Assembly: GCA_036574205.1 (NCBI GenBank)
Contig: JAINCQ010000028.1
Location: 1-64,000 of the forward strand
DNA: 64,000 nucleotides
Reading direction: 5' to 3'
DNA from: Elusimicrobiota bacterium
GTDB taxonomy: Bacteria > Elusimicrobiota > Elusimicrobia > Elusimicrobiales > UBA9959
Below, one piece after another: positions 21,834-31,897 of this stretch. Under the pieces are notes generated by a model. That model did not search any database and was not told where the DNA came from. It worked only from the letters and a program-made list of their open reading frames with translations. A program made the translations under genes and the position numbers. The stretch's first letter is position 1. Each line of letters starts with the position of its first letter.

Positions 21834-24800
21834 ATGAAAAAAATAATCAATCTTTTAATAAGTATCGTTTTCTTAACGATTTTATCCCTTAAAGCGCAGG
21901 ATTCTCTTTTAAGTGGATATTCGGAGTTGATGGGATCAACAAAAACCGTCGCTCCTTCTCCTACAGCTTCAATAGATAGAAACAGTTCAGATGTAAAGAT
22001 AAAAGATAAATATGAATGGCTTGTCTTTGTGTTTATAAACGGAGTTAATGATCTTGGAATATTAAGGCTTTCACTTAACGATATAAATGAGATGGAAACA
22101 TTTGGTTCAAGCGATAAGGTGGCTGTGGTTGTGGAACATAATAGAATAGAAGGGCAAGCAGGCAGAACTCTCAAATTTTCTGATGGAGCAGTCACTTATT
22201 TTATAACCAAAGATAGACCTAATAATCCTGAGATAGTGTCAAAAATAATAGATGAAACACCCGATGGCGATATGGGGAGTTACAGGCATTTTGTCAGATC
22301 AGTTAAAAAAGCCATAAAAAGATTTAAGCCTGATAAGTTGATGCTTATAATCTGGAACCATGGTAATGGATATTTTGGTATATCATATGATGATGTGAGC
22401 GGAAACGCTATAACCGTTCCCCAGATTAAATCTGCTTTAAGCGAAATAGTCTCAAGTTACGGGAAAAAGGTAGATATATTTGCTATGGATGCCTGTCTTA
22501 TGCAGATGGCTGAGGTCGTTTATGAAATTAAAAACTATGCTAATTTTATAGTAGCAAGCGAAGAGTCAATTCCTGGCGGGGGTTTCCCATATGATGATCT
22601 TTTAAATACCTTAGAAAGATCTACTTCTATAAAACAGGCTGCCAGTGGAGTTGTTGAAGATTATCATAGAGCCTATGATTCTCAAAGGATAACATTGTTT
22701 GGTAGATATGACGATAAATCCACAACTTTAAGTGCTATTGATACCTCAAAATATTCTTCATTTATAAATCTTTTAAATAATTGGATATCCGCTGCTATTA
22801 GATCTGAAGATTTTAAGGCTATAACTGCCAAAGAAGTAACAGAAAAATCCTTTTTCTTCTTAGGTGGAGAGCAACAGGAGACAGTAAACTTAGGAGAAAG
22901 CAGTATACTTACTACTGAAACAGAAGATATAATGACAAGATCTGCCGATTTAGTAGATTACCTTAAAAAAGCAATGGAGAAGATGAAGGATGAGAAGTTG
23001 AAATCTTTGACTCAGAAGTTAATAGATTTTATAACAAACAAGCTAATTGTCATTCATAAAGGTGGAGATTATCAGAATTCAAAAGGTCTTTCATATAAAG
23101 ATGAAACATATGGAATTGCAATATATTTTCCGCTTTTAAGATATAACTCAGCAAAATATGAAAGTCTCGGATTTTCAAAGGCAAGTTTATGGGATGAGTT
23201 TATAAAGAAAATGCTTGGGAGAGAAAACATAGAAGAAAGAGCTGAATATAATATTGGTGGTGAAGATGCGTCTGCAGAGACTGTAGCTGATGGCGATGAA
23301 GAAACAATAGCAGAACCAGAGGCTAAAACAGTTTCAAAATCTTTTTCTAATGTAACTCAGACTAACAAGGTTCCAGACATACCCTCAGGCGACATAGCTT
23401 TACCTGTTGTTTCAAAGGCGATGCATTCTTTAAATTCAAATTCTCAAATGGTTAAACTTGGTAATAATATAACTGCAAAGCCAATAAATATATACTCTAC
23501 GATATACACCACAGATAAAACTCTTAAACCAGATATTGATAAACTTGTGGGAGCAAGGTCCGGTTCAAATGAAACTCAGACTAAAACAACTGAGAGCAAT
23601 AAAACCGAGCAGACACAAAATGTTCAAAAAGGCGTTATAGAAAAATCAAAAGACGCTCTTAAAAATATCGCTTTGCTTGCCTCCGAAAAAACAAAAGATT
23701 TGATAGAGAAAGTTTTTCCTGATAAAGAAAAACAAAAAGCTTATAATGAGATACTTAAAGAGTTTGAGGTTGAGATATCAACTAAGTTGAGTCTTTCTCA
23801 TTCAAAAAAACTTGTTGAAGATCAAAATTTGCAAAAAGAGCTTTTAAAAATAGACAGGAATAAAACACTCAAACTTATTTCATATGCTAATGAGATTATA
23901 GAATTAGACAGAATAGTCTCAAAGAGTTATCAACCTGAGGATATAAATCCTTTGAGTAAAACTCTTGAAACTACCCTTGATAAATCAAGGCTGATATGTG
24001 ATCTTAAAATATGTATACCACCTGAAAAACTTAGCGAGTGGATGAGTAATAGCGGTAGATATAAAAATGATAATATCTCCAATGTTGAGACTGCAATAAG
24101 AAAATGGGAGAAGATATTTACCGATCCAGTCCAGTTTACCGCATGGGCTCAGGCAGGTTATGTAAGATTTACTACAACAACATGGTCTAATATGAGTATT
24201 AAAGAAAGAAATGTTGCTTTAGATAGATTTATAAAAGAGGAGTTAAAAAGCGGGACAACTTCAAGTGCTTTAATATCTTTAAGCGATCGAAGACTGACTA
24301 ACGCCAGGAACTATCAAGAATTAAGCGTAGCTGTTGAAAAGGTTTCTCAGAAAATGCTTGATTTAAATGTTTTAAACGCATCTGAGTTAGCCGTAATAAG
24401 AAACAAACCGCTTTCAGAGCAGATGTATATACTTTCAAACCTTTTTGATAGAGGTGGAATAAAAACAGATGAAACAGTTTCTTCTTATGTAAAGCTTATT
24501 AATGCAAATAGAACATCTTTTACGAATGAGGTCATTGATTCTGGAAAAAGAACTGTGCTTTCAACCTATCTTTCAAACTCAATTAAAACTGAAGTTTCAA
24601 AAAGTCAAACTGCAAAAGCACTTTATTCTCAAGTTTATGGCAACAAAAAACCGACTATAACTGTTGAATATCTTGAAGGCGTTGAGTCAAAAAATGACGG
24701 CCAAAAAATAATAATAGACGCAAAAATTGTTGAGCAGTTTTTGAGAGTTAAGGGATACACTTCTACTGATTTGCTTAAAAATAAAACAACTCAATCTGAG

Positions 24801-25364
24801 CTTTTAAGTTATATTTCGCCGCTTGTTGTCAGGGAGATGGCTAATATATCTATATCAAGATCTATGGACCGTGGATATTCCCCCCAGGTGAGGGAAAAAT
24901 ATGCTACTGCTTTATTATATCAGGCAAAATACACTCAGGAAAGGATGGGGGATAAATCTTTTAAAGAACTTTTTGAGAGTTTTAGCGGGGTGAGTGACTA
25001 TGCTGATAAAGTTATGGTTGTTAAAAGAAATTATGAAAAGGCTGATAATGTAGATGATTTTATCCAGACAGCTGGTTTAAGATACTATTCTAATATGCCT
25101 GCTGCTTCTTCAGCAAAAAGCGAGATATTAATAGCCATATCAAAAGAGCTTGAAAGAAGAAATGCTCTTGACAAAAAGGAAAAAGACAGAATAGACAAAT
25201 ATGCTATATTCGGGGATAAGGAAATATATGGCCTTTCTCCTTTTGAAATTACAAACTATATAAAAGATATAAAGACGGATGCTTTGTTAAAACTTCAAAA
25301 GGATCTCTCAGATAAATCAAATTTTTCAACTCGTCTTGAAAATATTATAGGCAGAATAAAGTGA
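21834..25364 (+). CDS. Secreted clostripain-family (C11) cysteine peptidase with a long C-terminal extension
   Basis: Signal peptide; VFINGVNDL, catalytic His in IIWNHGNG, catalytic Cys in MDACLMQ, ASEE. About 700 aa of unassigned C-terminal sequence after a low-complexity linker. Confidence 0.85.
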   Translation: MKKIINLLISIVFLTILSLKAQDSLLSGYSELMGSTKTVAPSPTASIDRNSSDVKIKDKYEWLVFVFINGVNDLGILRLSLNDINEMETFGSSDKVAVVVEHNRIEGQAGRTLKFSDGAVTYFITKDRPNNPEIVSKIIDETPDGDMGSYRHFVRSVKKAIKRFKPDKLMLIIWNHGNGYFGISYDDVSGNAITVPQIKSALSEIVSSYGKKVDIFAMDACLMQMAEVVYEIKNYANFIVASEESIPGGGFPYDDLLNTLERSTSIKQAASGVVEDYHRAYDSQRITLFGRYDDKSTTLSAIDTSKYSSFINLLNNWISAAIRSEDFKAITAKEVTEKSFFFLGGEQQETVNLGESSILTTETEDIMTRSADLVDYLKKAMEKMKDEKLKSLTQKLIDFITNKLIVIHKGGDYQNSKGLSYKDETYGIAIYFPLLRYNSAKYESLGFSKASLWDEFIKKMLGRENIEERAEYNIGGEDASAETVADGDEETIAEPEAKTVSKSFSNVTQTNKVPDIPSGDIALPVVSKAMHSLNSNSQMVKLGNNITAKPINIYSTIYTTDKTLKPDIDKLVGARSGSNETQTKTTESNKTEQTQNVQKGVIEKSKDALKNIALLASEKTKDLIEKVFPDKEKQKAYNEILKEFEVEISTKLSLSHSKKLVEDQNLQKELLKIDRNKTLKLISYANEIIELDRIVSKSYQPEDINPLSKTLETTLDKSRLICDLKICIPPEKLSEWMSNSGRYKNDNISNVETAIRKWEKIFTDPVQFTAWAQAGYVRFTTTTWSNMSIKERNVALDRFIKEELKSGTTSSALISLSDRRLTNARNYQELSVAVEKVSQKMLDLNVLNASELAVIRNKPLSEQMYILSNLFDRGGIKTDETVSSYVKLINANRTSFTNEVIDSGKRTVLSTYLSNSIKTEVSKSQTAKALYSQVYGNKKPTITVEYLEGVESKNDGQKIIIDAKIVEQFLRVKGYTSTDLLKNKTTQSELLSYISPLVVREMANISISRSMDRGYSPQVREKYATALLYQAKYTQERMGDKSFKELFESFSGVSDYADKVMVVKRNYEKADNVDDFIQTAGLRYYSNMPAASSAKSEILIAISKELERRNALDKKEKDRIDKYAIFGDKEIYGLSPFEITNYIKDIKTDALLKLQKDLSDKSNFSTRLENIIGRIK

Positions 25365-25374
25365 GGAGGTTATT

Positions 25375-25914
25375 ATGAAAATCATAATAGCTTTTTTGTT
25401 AATTTCTTTTGGATTACATTCCCAGCAGATGAAAAACTATACTATGGATAAAAAATATTTTTCATGCAAAATACCTTCTGGCTGGATTATTGAAAGGGAA
25501 AAGGATAAGGATATAAAAAATAAAATATACAAAGTAACTTTCAGAAACCCAAAGGATTCAAAGTCTGTAATAACGATAAAATACTATCATCCTTTAAGCA
25601 AAAAGGATTATAAATCTTTTGTTGAAATCCAATCAAAAACATCTGATGGGACACTTGAAAGCGCAACTGAAAAATATGAAAAACCTAAAGAGATAAAATT
25701 GATTAATAGGGAAGCGGTTGAGATAAACAGAAAATTCAAAGATTTTGAGTCCATTGAATCAAAATCTGAATCCTACTGGCTTAAAGAAAAAATTATAGTT
25801 ATACCAGCAAAAAAAGGTTTTTACTCCCTTATGCTTTCAGCAAAGGAAAGCACCTTTGACAAAAACAACGAAATATTTGAAAAAATAATTAGTTCTTTTG
25901 TCCCGCTATATTGA
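25375..25914 (+). CDS. Secreted PsbP/DcrB-like protein
   Basis: GAGGAGG RBS, signal peptide, YFSCKIPSGW near the N-terminus and FEKIISSF at the C-terminus, typical of the Mog1/PsbP fold. Confidence 0.55.
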   Translation: MKIIIAFLLISFGLHSQQMKNYTMDKKYFSCKIPSGWIIEREKDKDIKNKIYKVTFRNPKDSKSVITIKYYHPLSKKDYKSFVEIQSKTSDGTLESATEKYEKPKEIKLINREAVEINRKFKDFESIESKSESYWLKEKIIVIPAKKGFYSLMLSAKESTFDKNNEIFEKIISSFVPLY

Positions 25915-25920
25915 AAAACT

Positions 25921-27225
25921 TTACAAAAGCTCTGAAACGAGTTTTGCCAGCTCGCTCCTTTCAGTTTTTGTGAAAGTTATATGCCCGTATATAGACTGTC
26001 CTTTAAATCTATCTACTATATATGTGAGTCCATTTGACGCTATATCTAAATAAGGATTATCTATCTGATAAGGGTCCCCTGTGACGACAACCTTGGTCCC
26101 CTCCCCTGCTCTTGAAAGTATAGTTTTAATTTCGTGTGGTGTTAAATTCTGAGCATCATCTACTATCATATATTGTCTTGGTAAAGACCTTCCTCTTATA
26201 TGGGTAACCGAGGCTATTTCTATTTTGTTTTGCTGCAGGAGATAGTCAAATCGTAAAATTCCTTCATCAGATGGATGTTTTTTATCCATTATAAATTCAA
26301 GATTATCATAGATAGCTCCCATCCAGCTTTGAAGTTTTTCGTCTTTTGTTCCCGGAAGATATCCTATATCGCGTCCCACCGGCACTATTGATCTTGAAAC
26401 AACTATTCTCCTAAAAGTATTTGAGTCAACAGTTTTATACAGTCCACAGGCCAGTGATATAAGGGTTTTTCCAGTTCCAGCCATTCCCAGAAGAGTTACA
26501 AGCTTTATATTGTCGTCTAACAAAAGTTCCATTGCAAATCTCTGTTCTTTATTTAAAGGTTTTATCCCCCATGGCGCCTGTTCTGGACTTAAAGTTTTTA
26601 TAATAGAAACATCATTATGGGGTATTCTTCCAAGAGCGGCTTTTTTGGTGTCTGAGTTGGATTTTAAGATTACAAATTCATTTGGATAAGAATCTTTTAA
26701 CATATTTTTCACACTTTTTGTTTTATAAAAATTTTCAATAAGAGCATCATCTACTTCAACGATTGTGACACCGGAATAAAGCTCGTCTATATTAACCTTG
26801 CCAGTTTCATAATCCTGGGCGATAAGTCCCAAAGCTTCAGCCTTTAATCTCAGGTTTATATCTTTTGAAACAAGTATTGAGTTCTTATTTTTTTTGCTGT
26901 AAGAATAGGCTGTATTTAATATCCTGTCATCCATATTGGTTTTTGAAAAACCTTGCGGAAGCATAAAATTATGTTCCATATCTATTTTTATCATTCCACC
27001 GTCTTTTGTCTTTACTCCTTTATCAAGCCTTCCAATTCCCCTTAACTCATCCAGCTTTCTTGAAACTATTCTTACATTTTTGCCACGCTCATCCGCGTAA
27101 TTTTTAAATCCATCAAGTTCTTCTATAACTGCTATTGGTATTATAACTGTGTTGTCTTCAAATTTTAGAAACGATAAAGGGTCGTGTATAAGAACATTTG
27201 TATCAAGTATATAAGTTTTCTTCAT
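25921..27225 (-). CDS. phoH: PIN-PhoH family ATPase (PhoH2/YlaK type)
   Basis: PIN motif ILDTNVLIHDP, LVSKDINLRLKA, Walker A GMAGTGKT, GYLPG, RGRS, AQNLTPHE. Confidence 0.92.
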   Translation of the reverse strand: MKKTYILDTNVLIHDPLSFLKFEDNTVIIPIAVIEELDGFKNYADERGKNVRIVSRKLDELRGIGRLDKGVKTKDGGMIKIDMEHNFMLPQGFSKTNMDDRILNTAYSYSKKNKNSILVSKDINLRLKAEALGLIAQDYETGKVNIDELYSGVTIVEVDDALIENFYKTKSVKNMLKDSYPNEFVILKSNSDTKKAALGRIPHNDVSIIKTLSPEQAPWGIKPLNKEQRFAMELLLDDNIKLVTLLGMAGTGKTLISLACGLYKTVDSNTFRRIVVSRSIVPVGRDIGYLPGTKDEKLQSWMGAIYDNLEFIMDKKHPSDEGILRFDYLLQQNKIEIASVTHIRGRSLPRQYMIVDDAQNLTPHEIKTILSRAGEGTKVVVTGDPYQIDNPYLDIASNGLTYIVDRFKGQSIYGHITFTKTERSELAKLVSELL

Positions 27226-27535
27226 TGTTTTACTCCTTAATTTTTAAAGCTTTTAAAATAATATTATAGAAAATAAATTAAATGATTTTGTGATTTTGTT
27301 TATAAACATACTTTTTAATATAATTAAAGATAGAAATGATTGTAAAATTTGATAAAGATAATTTCATAAAACAAATAAAATCTTGCGGAATAAAAGTGGC
27401 AAGAAGCTGGTTTTCTATCTAATATAAAAGCACATTTAAATTATGATTGATAATATTACTTTTGTTGAGACAAGTTTCAATGTTCAAGCTATGATGAGAA
27501 AAGGATTATTTCAAGATAACATATAAGGAGGAGTT

Positions 27536-28303
27536 ATGAGAATACCTATGATAGCTGGAAACTGGAAGATGCATCTAAGAAGAGATGAGGCAAGAGATCT
27601 TGCTCTTGCAATTAAAAATGGAATTGATCCTGATTTAAAACATGAAGTATTACTTGCTCCAACATTTACAAATTTAGAAACAGTAAAAAATGTAATATCA
27701 GGATCAAAGATACTTCTTGCCGCTCAAAATATGTGCTGGGAGGAAAAGGGTGCATTTACTGGAGAGGTTTCACCAGTTCAGTTAAAAGATATGGGCTGTG
27801 ATTATGTTATAATTGGACATTCTGAAAGAAGAAGAATATTTGGCGAAACTGATGAGATGATTAATAAAAAAATAAAATCGGCTTTAAAAAACTCTCTTAA
27901 AGTTATATTCTGTATAGGTGAAACTCTCAAAGAAAGAGAAAACCAGAAGACATATGAAGTCTTACAAACTCAAATTCAAAACGGAGTTAAGGAAATAACA
28001 AAACAAGAAATGGAAAAAATAGTTATAGCTTATGAACCAGTATGGGCTATTGGAACCGGAAAAACTGCCACGCCCCAGCAAGCAGAGGAAGCTCATATCT
28101 TTGTGAGAAAAGAAATTGAAAGACTTTATGATAGAGATGTTGCAAGTGAAATAAGAATACTTTATGGTGGCTCGGTTAAAGCAGAGAATATAGATTTGTT
28201 AATGGCTCAACCTGATATAGACGGCGCGCTTGTTGGCGGAGAAAGTTTAAAAGCTGATAAATTTTTAAGAATAATTCATTATCAAAAGGTTTTATCTAAT
28301 TAG
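27536..28303 (+). CDS. tpiA: Triosephosphate isomerase
   Basis: AGNWKM, GAFTGEVS, GHSERR, AYEPVWAIGTG, LYGGSVK. Confidence 0.98.
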   Translation: MRIPMIAGNWKMHLRRDEARDLALAIKNGIDPDLKHEVLLAPTFTNLETVKNVISGSKILLAAQNMCWEEKGAFTGEVSPVQLKDMGCDYVIIGHSERRRIFGETDEMINKKIKSALKNSLKVIFCIGETLKERENQKTYEVLQTQIQNGVKEITKQEMEKIVIAYEPVWAIGTGKTATPQQAEEAHIFVRKEIERLYDRDVASEIRILYGGSVKAENIDLLMAQPDIDGALVGGESLKADKFLRIIHYQKVLSN

Positions 28304-28450
28304 TATGAATGATGAGTTAGTTTCACAAATTTTAAAGGATATAAAACTTAAAATAAAGCATTTAAAACTTTCTAGATTGGATTGATGCTTTAAATAAATA
28401 TAAACTTAACAACATCTTGAAATGCTTTTTTGAAAAGATTTCTAACTAAC

Positions 28451-28600
28451 ATGAAATATACACTTACTAAAGGAGATAAGGTTATAATAATAGGACAGGA
28501 TGGTAAGTTTTATAAGGTCAGAAAACCAGCTATGGCAATAAATGAAAATTGGAAAAAAGATGAGGGATATGTCAGCGCTGATGATCTTCATCTTCAGTAG
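28451..28600 (+). pseudogene. 49-aa SH3b-like ORF, probably a truncated remnant
   Basis: MKYTLTKGDKVIIIGQDGKFYKVRK...EGYVSADDLHLQ matches the bacterial SH3 pattern. There is an in-frame stop at 28418 and no clear RBS. Confidence 0.5.
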
Positions 28601-28626
28601 TGATTGACTGTTATTAAAGAACTCCT

Positions 28627-28658
28627 AAAAGCCGCCAGATAAACTGGCGGCTTTTTTT
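28627..28658. terminator. Rho-independent terminator (possibly bidirectional)
   Basis: aaaa-GCCGCCAG-ataaa-CTGGCGGC-ttttttt. Confidence 0.9.
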
Positions 28659-28730
28659 GTTTGATAAACATAGAAAAAAATTCTAAAAATATTATGTTTG
28701 TTTTTGTAAAATATATTTTCAGGAGGTTTT

Positions 28731-29165
28731 ATGAAAAATAAAGGGTGCGCTTATGGTAAAGTTGATGATATAAAAACAATGGATGATGCTATAACTGCTA
28801 TTTCTATACTTGCGATATCAAGTGATGGTAAGATAAGTAAGAAAGAAGTTGATATGATTGAAAATATGTTAAGAGTTAGTCCTATTTATGAAAATATCAG
28901 ACCTATTAAGCTTTACATAGATTGTGTTTATAATCTTGTGATGAAAAATACAAGAGATGAGGTGATAAAAAAATCAGTTAAGCTTATTCCTGAAAGATTA
29001 AGGCCAACAGTGTTTGGGTGGATTTATATGATAGTTAAATCTGATAAAAAACTTACTCAAAGCGAACATAGATTTATGGATGAGGTATTTAAAGAGTTAA
29101 AGATTAACGGAAATTTAGCAGGCAAAATAAAGGCGGTTTGCGAAATTTTGTTAAGGAGTGAATGA
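28731..29165 (+). CDS. TerB-family (tellurite resistance-like) protein
   Basis: LAISSDGKISKKEV and IVKSDKKLTQSE paired motifs; AGGAGG RBS. Confidence 0.75.
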   Translation: MKNKGCAYGKVDDIKTMDDAITAISILAISSDGKISKKEVDMIENMLRVSPIYENIRPIKLYIDCVYNLVMKNTRDEVIKKSVKLIPERLRPTVFGWIYMIVKSDKKLTQSEHRFMDEVFKELKINGNLAGKIKAVCEILLRSE

Positions 29166-29621
29166 GTGGTTTTATTATTTTTGATTTTCCTTGTTTTCTC
29201 CAATATTTTAAATTCAACTGAAAAGGATTTGGGTGTCGGAATACTTTTTGGAACAAAGAGTGGTTTGAGTTTTTCTTATGAAGATGAAAGGTTTAAAAAA
29301 AATAAAACTTCATTAAATTCAATGGTTTTCTGGGATGAGGACGATTTCTTTATCTCTGGAGATTGGGTTTATAATAGGGTTTATTTAAAGGAAAGGAAGG
29401 AAGATGTTTTAAATCTTCCTTATTATTACGGTTTTGGGGCAGGGTTTCTTTTTGAAAAAAATTTTAAACTGCTGTTGAGGGTTCCAGTTGGCATAAATTA
29501 CAGATTTCAAAAAGAGCCGGTAGAAGTTTTTCTTCAATTGGTGCCTTCTTTAAAAATAATTAAATCAATGAAAGCAGAGGTCTGGCTTGGAATTGGAGGC
29601 AGATATATTTTTAAGATATGA
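29166..29621 (+). CDS. Small outer-membrane beta-barrel protein
   Basis: Signal-like N-terminus; LGVGILFG, YYGFGAG, LRVPVGINY and terminal GIGGRYIF strands. Confidence 0.6.
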   Translation: MVLLFLIFLVFSNILNSTEKDLGVGILFGTKSGLSFSYEDERFKKNKTSLNSMVFWDEDDFFISGDWVYNRVYLKERKEDVLNLPYYYGFGAGFLFEKNFKLLLRVPVGINYRFQKEPVEVFLQLVPSLKIIKSMKAEVWLGIGGRYIFKI

Positions 29622-30400
29622 AGTGGATAATTTTTTTAATTTTTTTAGGATTTTTTTCCGTTTTTAGTTTTGCTAATGATATTGACAGGCTAACCCAGCT
29701 CCTTTTACCTGCTAAAAATGTTGTTTGTTCTAAAAATAATCAAGACGCATGTAAAGATAAAAAAGGGGGAGATATGGTTGATAAAATTATTGAGAATATA
29801 AACTGGCTTGGACATGCTTCCATTATGATAAAAGCAGATGGGAAAAATATATTTATAGATCCATGGAAATTAAAGAATATAAAGGAAAAAGCTGATATAA
29901 TTCTTATAACTCACTCCCATTTTGATCACTTTAGCGAAGAGGATATTGAAAAGATAGCAAAGAAGGATACTGTGATATACTCCTCAGAGGATGTTATATC
30001 CCAGACTAAAATAAAAAATAAAAAGGTAATAAAGCCATTTGAAGAGGTAAAAGTTGGCGGGATTAAGATAAAAGGTTTTCCCGCATATAATACAAATAAA
30101 GATTTTCATCCTAAAAAAAATAACTGGCTTGGTTTTGTTATAGAAATTGATGGAGTTTCTATCTATATTGCAGGTGATACAGATTTTACTGATGAGATGA
30201 AAAAATTAAAGGTCAATATAGCACTTGTTCCAATAGGCGGGACATACACGATGAATAAAGAGGAAGCGGCAGATTTTATAAATTTAATAAAGCCTGATGT
30301 TGTAATTCCAATTCACTGGGGGGATATAGTCGGCACAAAAGCTGATGCGGAAAAATTTAAATCTCTTATTAAGCCTCCAACAAGGGTTGTTATTAAGTGA
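29618..30400 (+). CDS. Metallo-beta-lactamase-fold hydrolase (UPF0173-like)
   Basis: WLGHAS, IDPW, THSHFDH, AGDT, PIGGTYTM, IPIHW. Alternative internal start at 29774. Confidence 0.88.
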   Translation: MKWIIFLIFLGFFSVFSFANDIDRLTQLLLPAKNVVCSKNNQDACKDKKGGDMVDKIIENINWLGHASIMIKADGKNIFIDPWKLKNIKEKADIILITHSHFDHFSEEDIEKIAKKDTVIYSSEDVISQTKIKNKKVIKPFEEVKVGGIKIKGFPAYNTNKDFHPKKNNWLGFVIEIDGVSIYIAGDTDFTDEMKKLKVNIALVPIGGTYTMNKEEAADFINLIKPDVVIPIHWGDIVGTKADAEKFKSLIKPPTRVVIK

Positions 30401-31050
30401 TTAAAGAAGAATACTTTACAAAAGAAAACATATCTTCAAAATCTAGAAAATGGCTTGAAAAAGTAACAGGGCGCAGAGTATCTCGTTTTAGAAAAAATAT
30501 TTCAATAGAAAACTCCGCCCTTTTGGTGATAGATATGCAAAAATATTTTACAAAAAGCCAATCACACGCTTTTGTAAAATCTTCAGAAGCTGTTATTGAC
30601 AATATAAAAAAATTAATTGATATATTTTTAAAACACCATAAACCAGTAATTTTTACAAGGCATATAGATAATCTCAAAGATAAAAATAATATGCTTTTAA
30701 AATGGTGGAGGGATAGAATACTTAAATCTGATCCATTAAGCAAGCTTGATGAAAGGATTTATTTTAAAGGAGCGGTTATTATTGAAAAAAGTCAATATGA
30801 TGCCTTTTATAACACAAAACTTGAAAATATTCTTTCAAGAAAAGGGGTAAAATCGGTTTTTATATCCGGGGTTGTCGCAAACCTTTGTTGTGAAACTACT
30901 GCAAGATCGGCTTTTGTAAGGGGTTATAATGTTTATTTCGGAGTAGATTCTACGGCAGCATATTCCCCGCATCATCATTTAGCAACCTTATTGAATCTCT
31001 CTTATGGTTTTGCCGTGCCATTTTTAGTTGAGGATCTGGATGAAAAATAA
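30397..31050 (+). CDS. Isochorismatase/nicotinamidase-family cysteine hydrolase
   Basis: LLVIDMQKYF, EKSQYDAFYNT, ANLCCETTARSA (Asp-Lys-Cys triad). Confidence 0.88.
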   Translation: MIKEEYFTKENISSKSRKWLEKVTGRRVSRFRKNISIENSALLVIDMQKYFTKSQSHAFVKSSEAVIDNIKKLIDIFLKHHKPVIFTRHIDNLKDKNNMLLKWWRDRILKSDPLSKLDERIYFKGAVIIEKSQYDAFYNTKLENILSRKGVKSVFISGVVANLCCETTARSAFVRGYNVYFGVDSTAAYSPHHHLATLLNLSYGFAVPFLVEDLDEK

Positions 31051-31897
31051 GGTTATAATAGTAGGTGGTGGACCTGCGGGGGTTTTAACAGCGGTATATC
31101 TTAAAAGATTTAAAATTGACTCTATTATCTTTGAAAAAAATGAGATTGGTGGAACGATAAAATATGCAAATCTTGTAGAAAATCTCCCATTTATAAAGCC
31201 AATTAAAGGCATTGAAATAACTAATTTATTAAAAAAATATGTTTTTGATTTAAAGATATCAGTTATAAAAGAACAGGTTTGCGATATTAGATATGTTAGG
31301 GGAAAATTTAATATAGAAACATCTAATGCAAAATGTTACTCAGATTTTTTGATTTTAGCAACAGGGAGTAAAGCTGTAATTGGAAAAGAGTTTAAGTATA
31401 TATTTGATGATTTGAAAGATTTTGAGGAAAATGTGATAAAACTAAAAAATAAGAAGGTTGCTATTATCGGTGGTGGTGATGTAGCTTTTGATTATTCGTT
31501 AAATCTTGCTTCAAGAGGTAATAAAATAGTTTTATTTATAAGGGGTAGTAAAGCAAGGGCTATAGGATTGCTTGTTGAAAAGACGGAAAGAAGCAAACAA
31601 ATAGATATAAGATATAATAGCCCTATTAAATCAGTTTATAAATATGGCAAGCAATATTTGATTGAAATGAAAAACGGAAGTTTTGGTGATGAAGTTTTTG
31701 ATTATGTTTTTCCGGCTTGTGGACGGCTGCCATATTTTGGAGGGATTAAAAATATTGATAAAATTTTATATAACAGGAGTTTAAAGAATAAGTTTTTTTT
31801 GGCGGGAGATGTTAAGAATAAAAATTTCAGGCAACTTGTTAACTGTTTTTCAGACGCTATGAATATAGCTATGACAATAAAGGATGCTGTTTTATGA
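31040..31897 (+). CDS. FAD/NAD(P)-dependent oxidoreductase, thioredoxin-reductase-like, lacking CxxC
   Basis: IVGGGPAG, LATG, IIGGGDVA, FLAGD. Confidence 0.82.
   Translation: MKNKVIIVGGGPAGVLTAVYLKRFKIDSIIFEKNEIGGTIKYANLVENLPFIKPIKGIEITNLLKKYVFDLKISVIKEQVCDIRYVRGKFNIETSNAKCYSDFLILATGSKAVIGKEFKYIFDDLKDFEENVIKLKNKKVAIIGGGDVAFDYSLNLASRGNKIVLFIRGSKARAIGLLVEKTERSKQIDIRYNSPIKSVYKYGKQYLIEMKNGSFGDEVFDYVFPACGRLPYFGGIKNIDKILYNRSLKNKFFLAGDVKNKNFRQLVNCFSDAMNIAMTIKDAVL

Noticed and set aside
21686..22195. 169-aa minus-strand ORF and the other short antisense or alternate-frame ORFs in the track (e.g. 46163-46588, 33092-33439, 30393-30743)
   Set aside because: They overlap well-supported genes and have no recognisable motifs.
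27336..27422. 28-codon ORF in the phoH-tpiA spacer (and a similar short ORF at 28305)
   Set aside because: No RBS or recognisable motif; cannot be distinguished from chance or decayed sequence.
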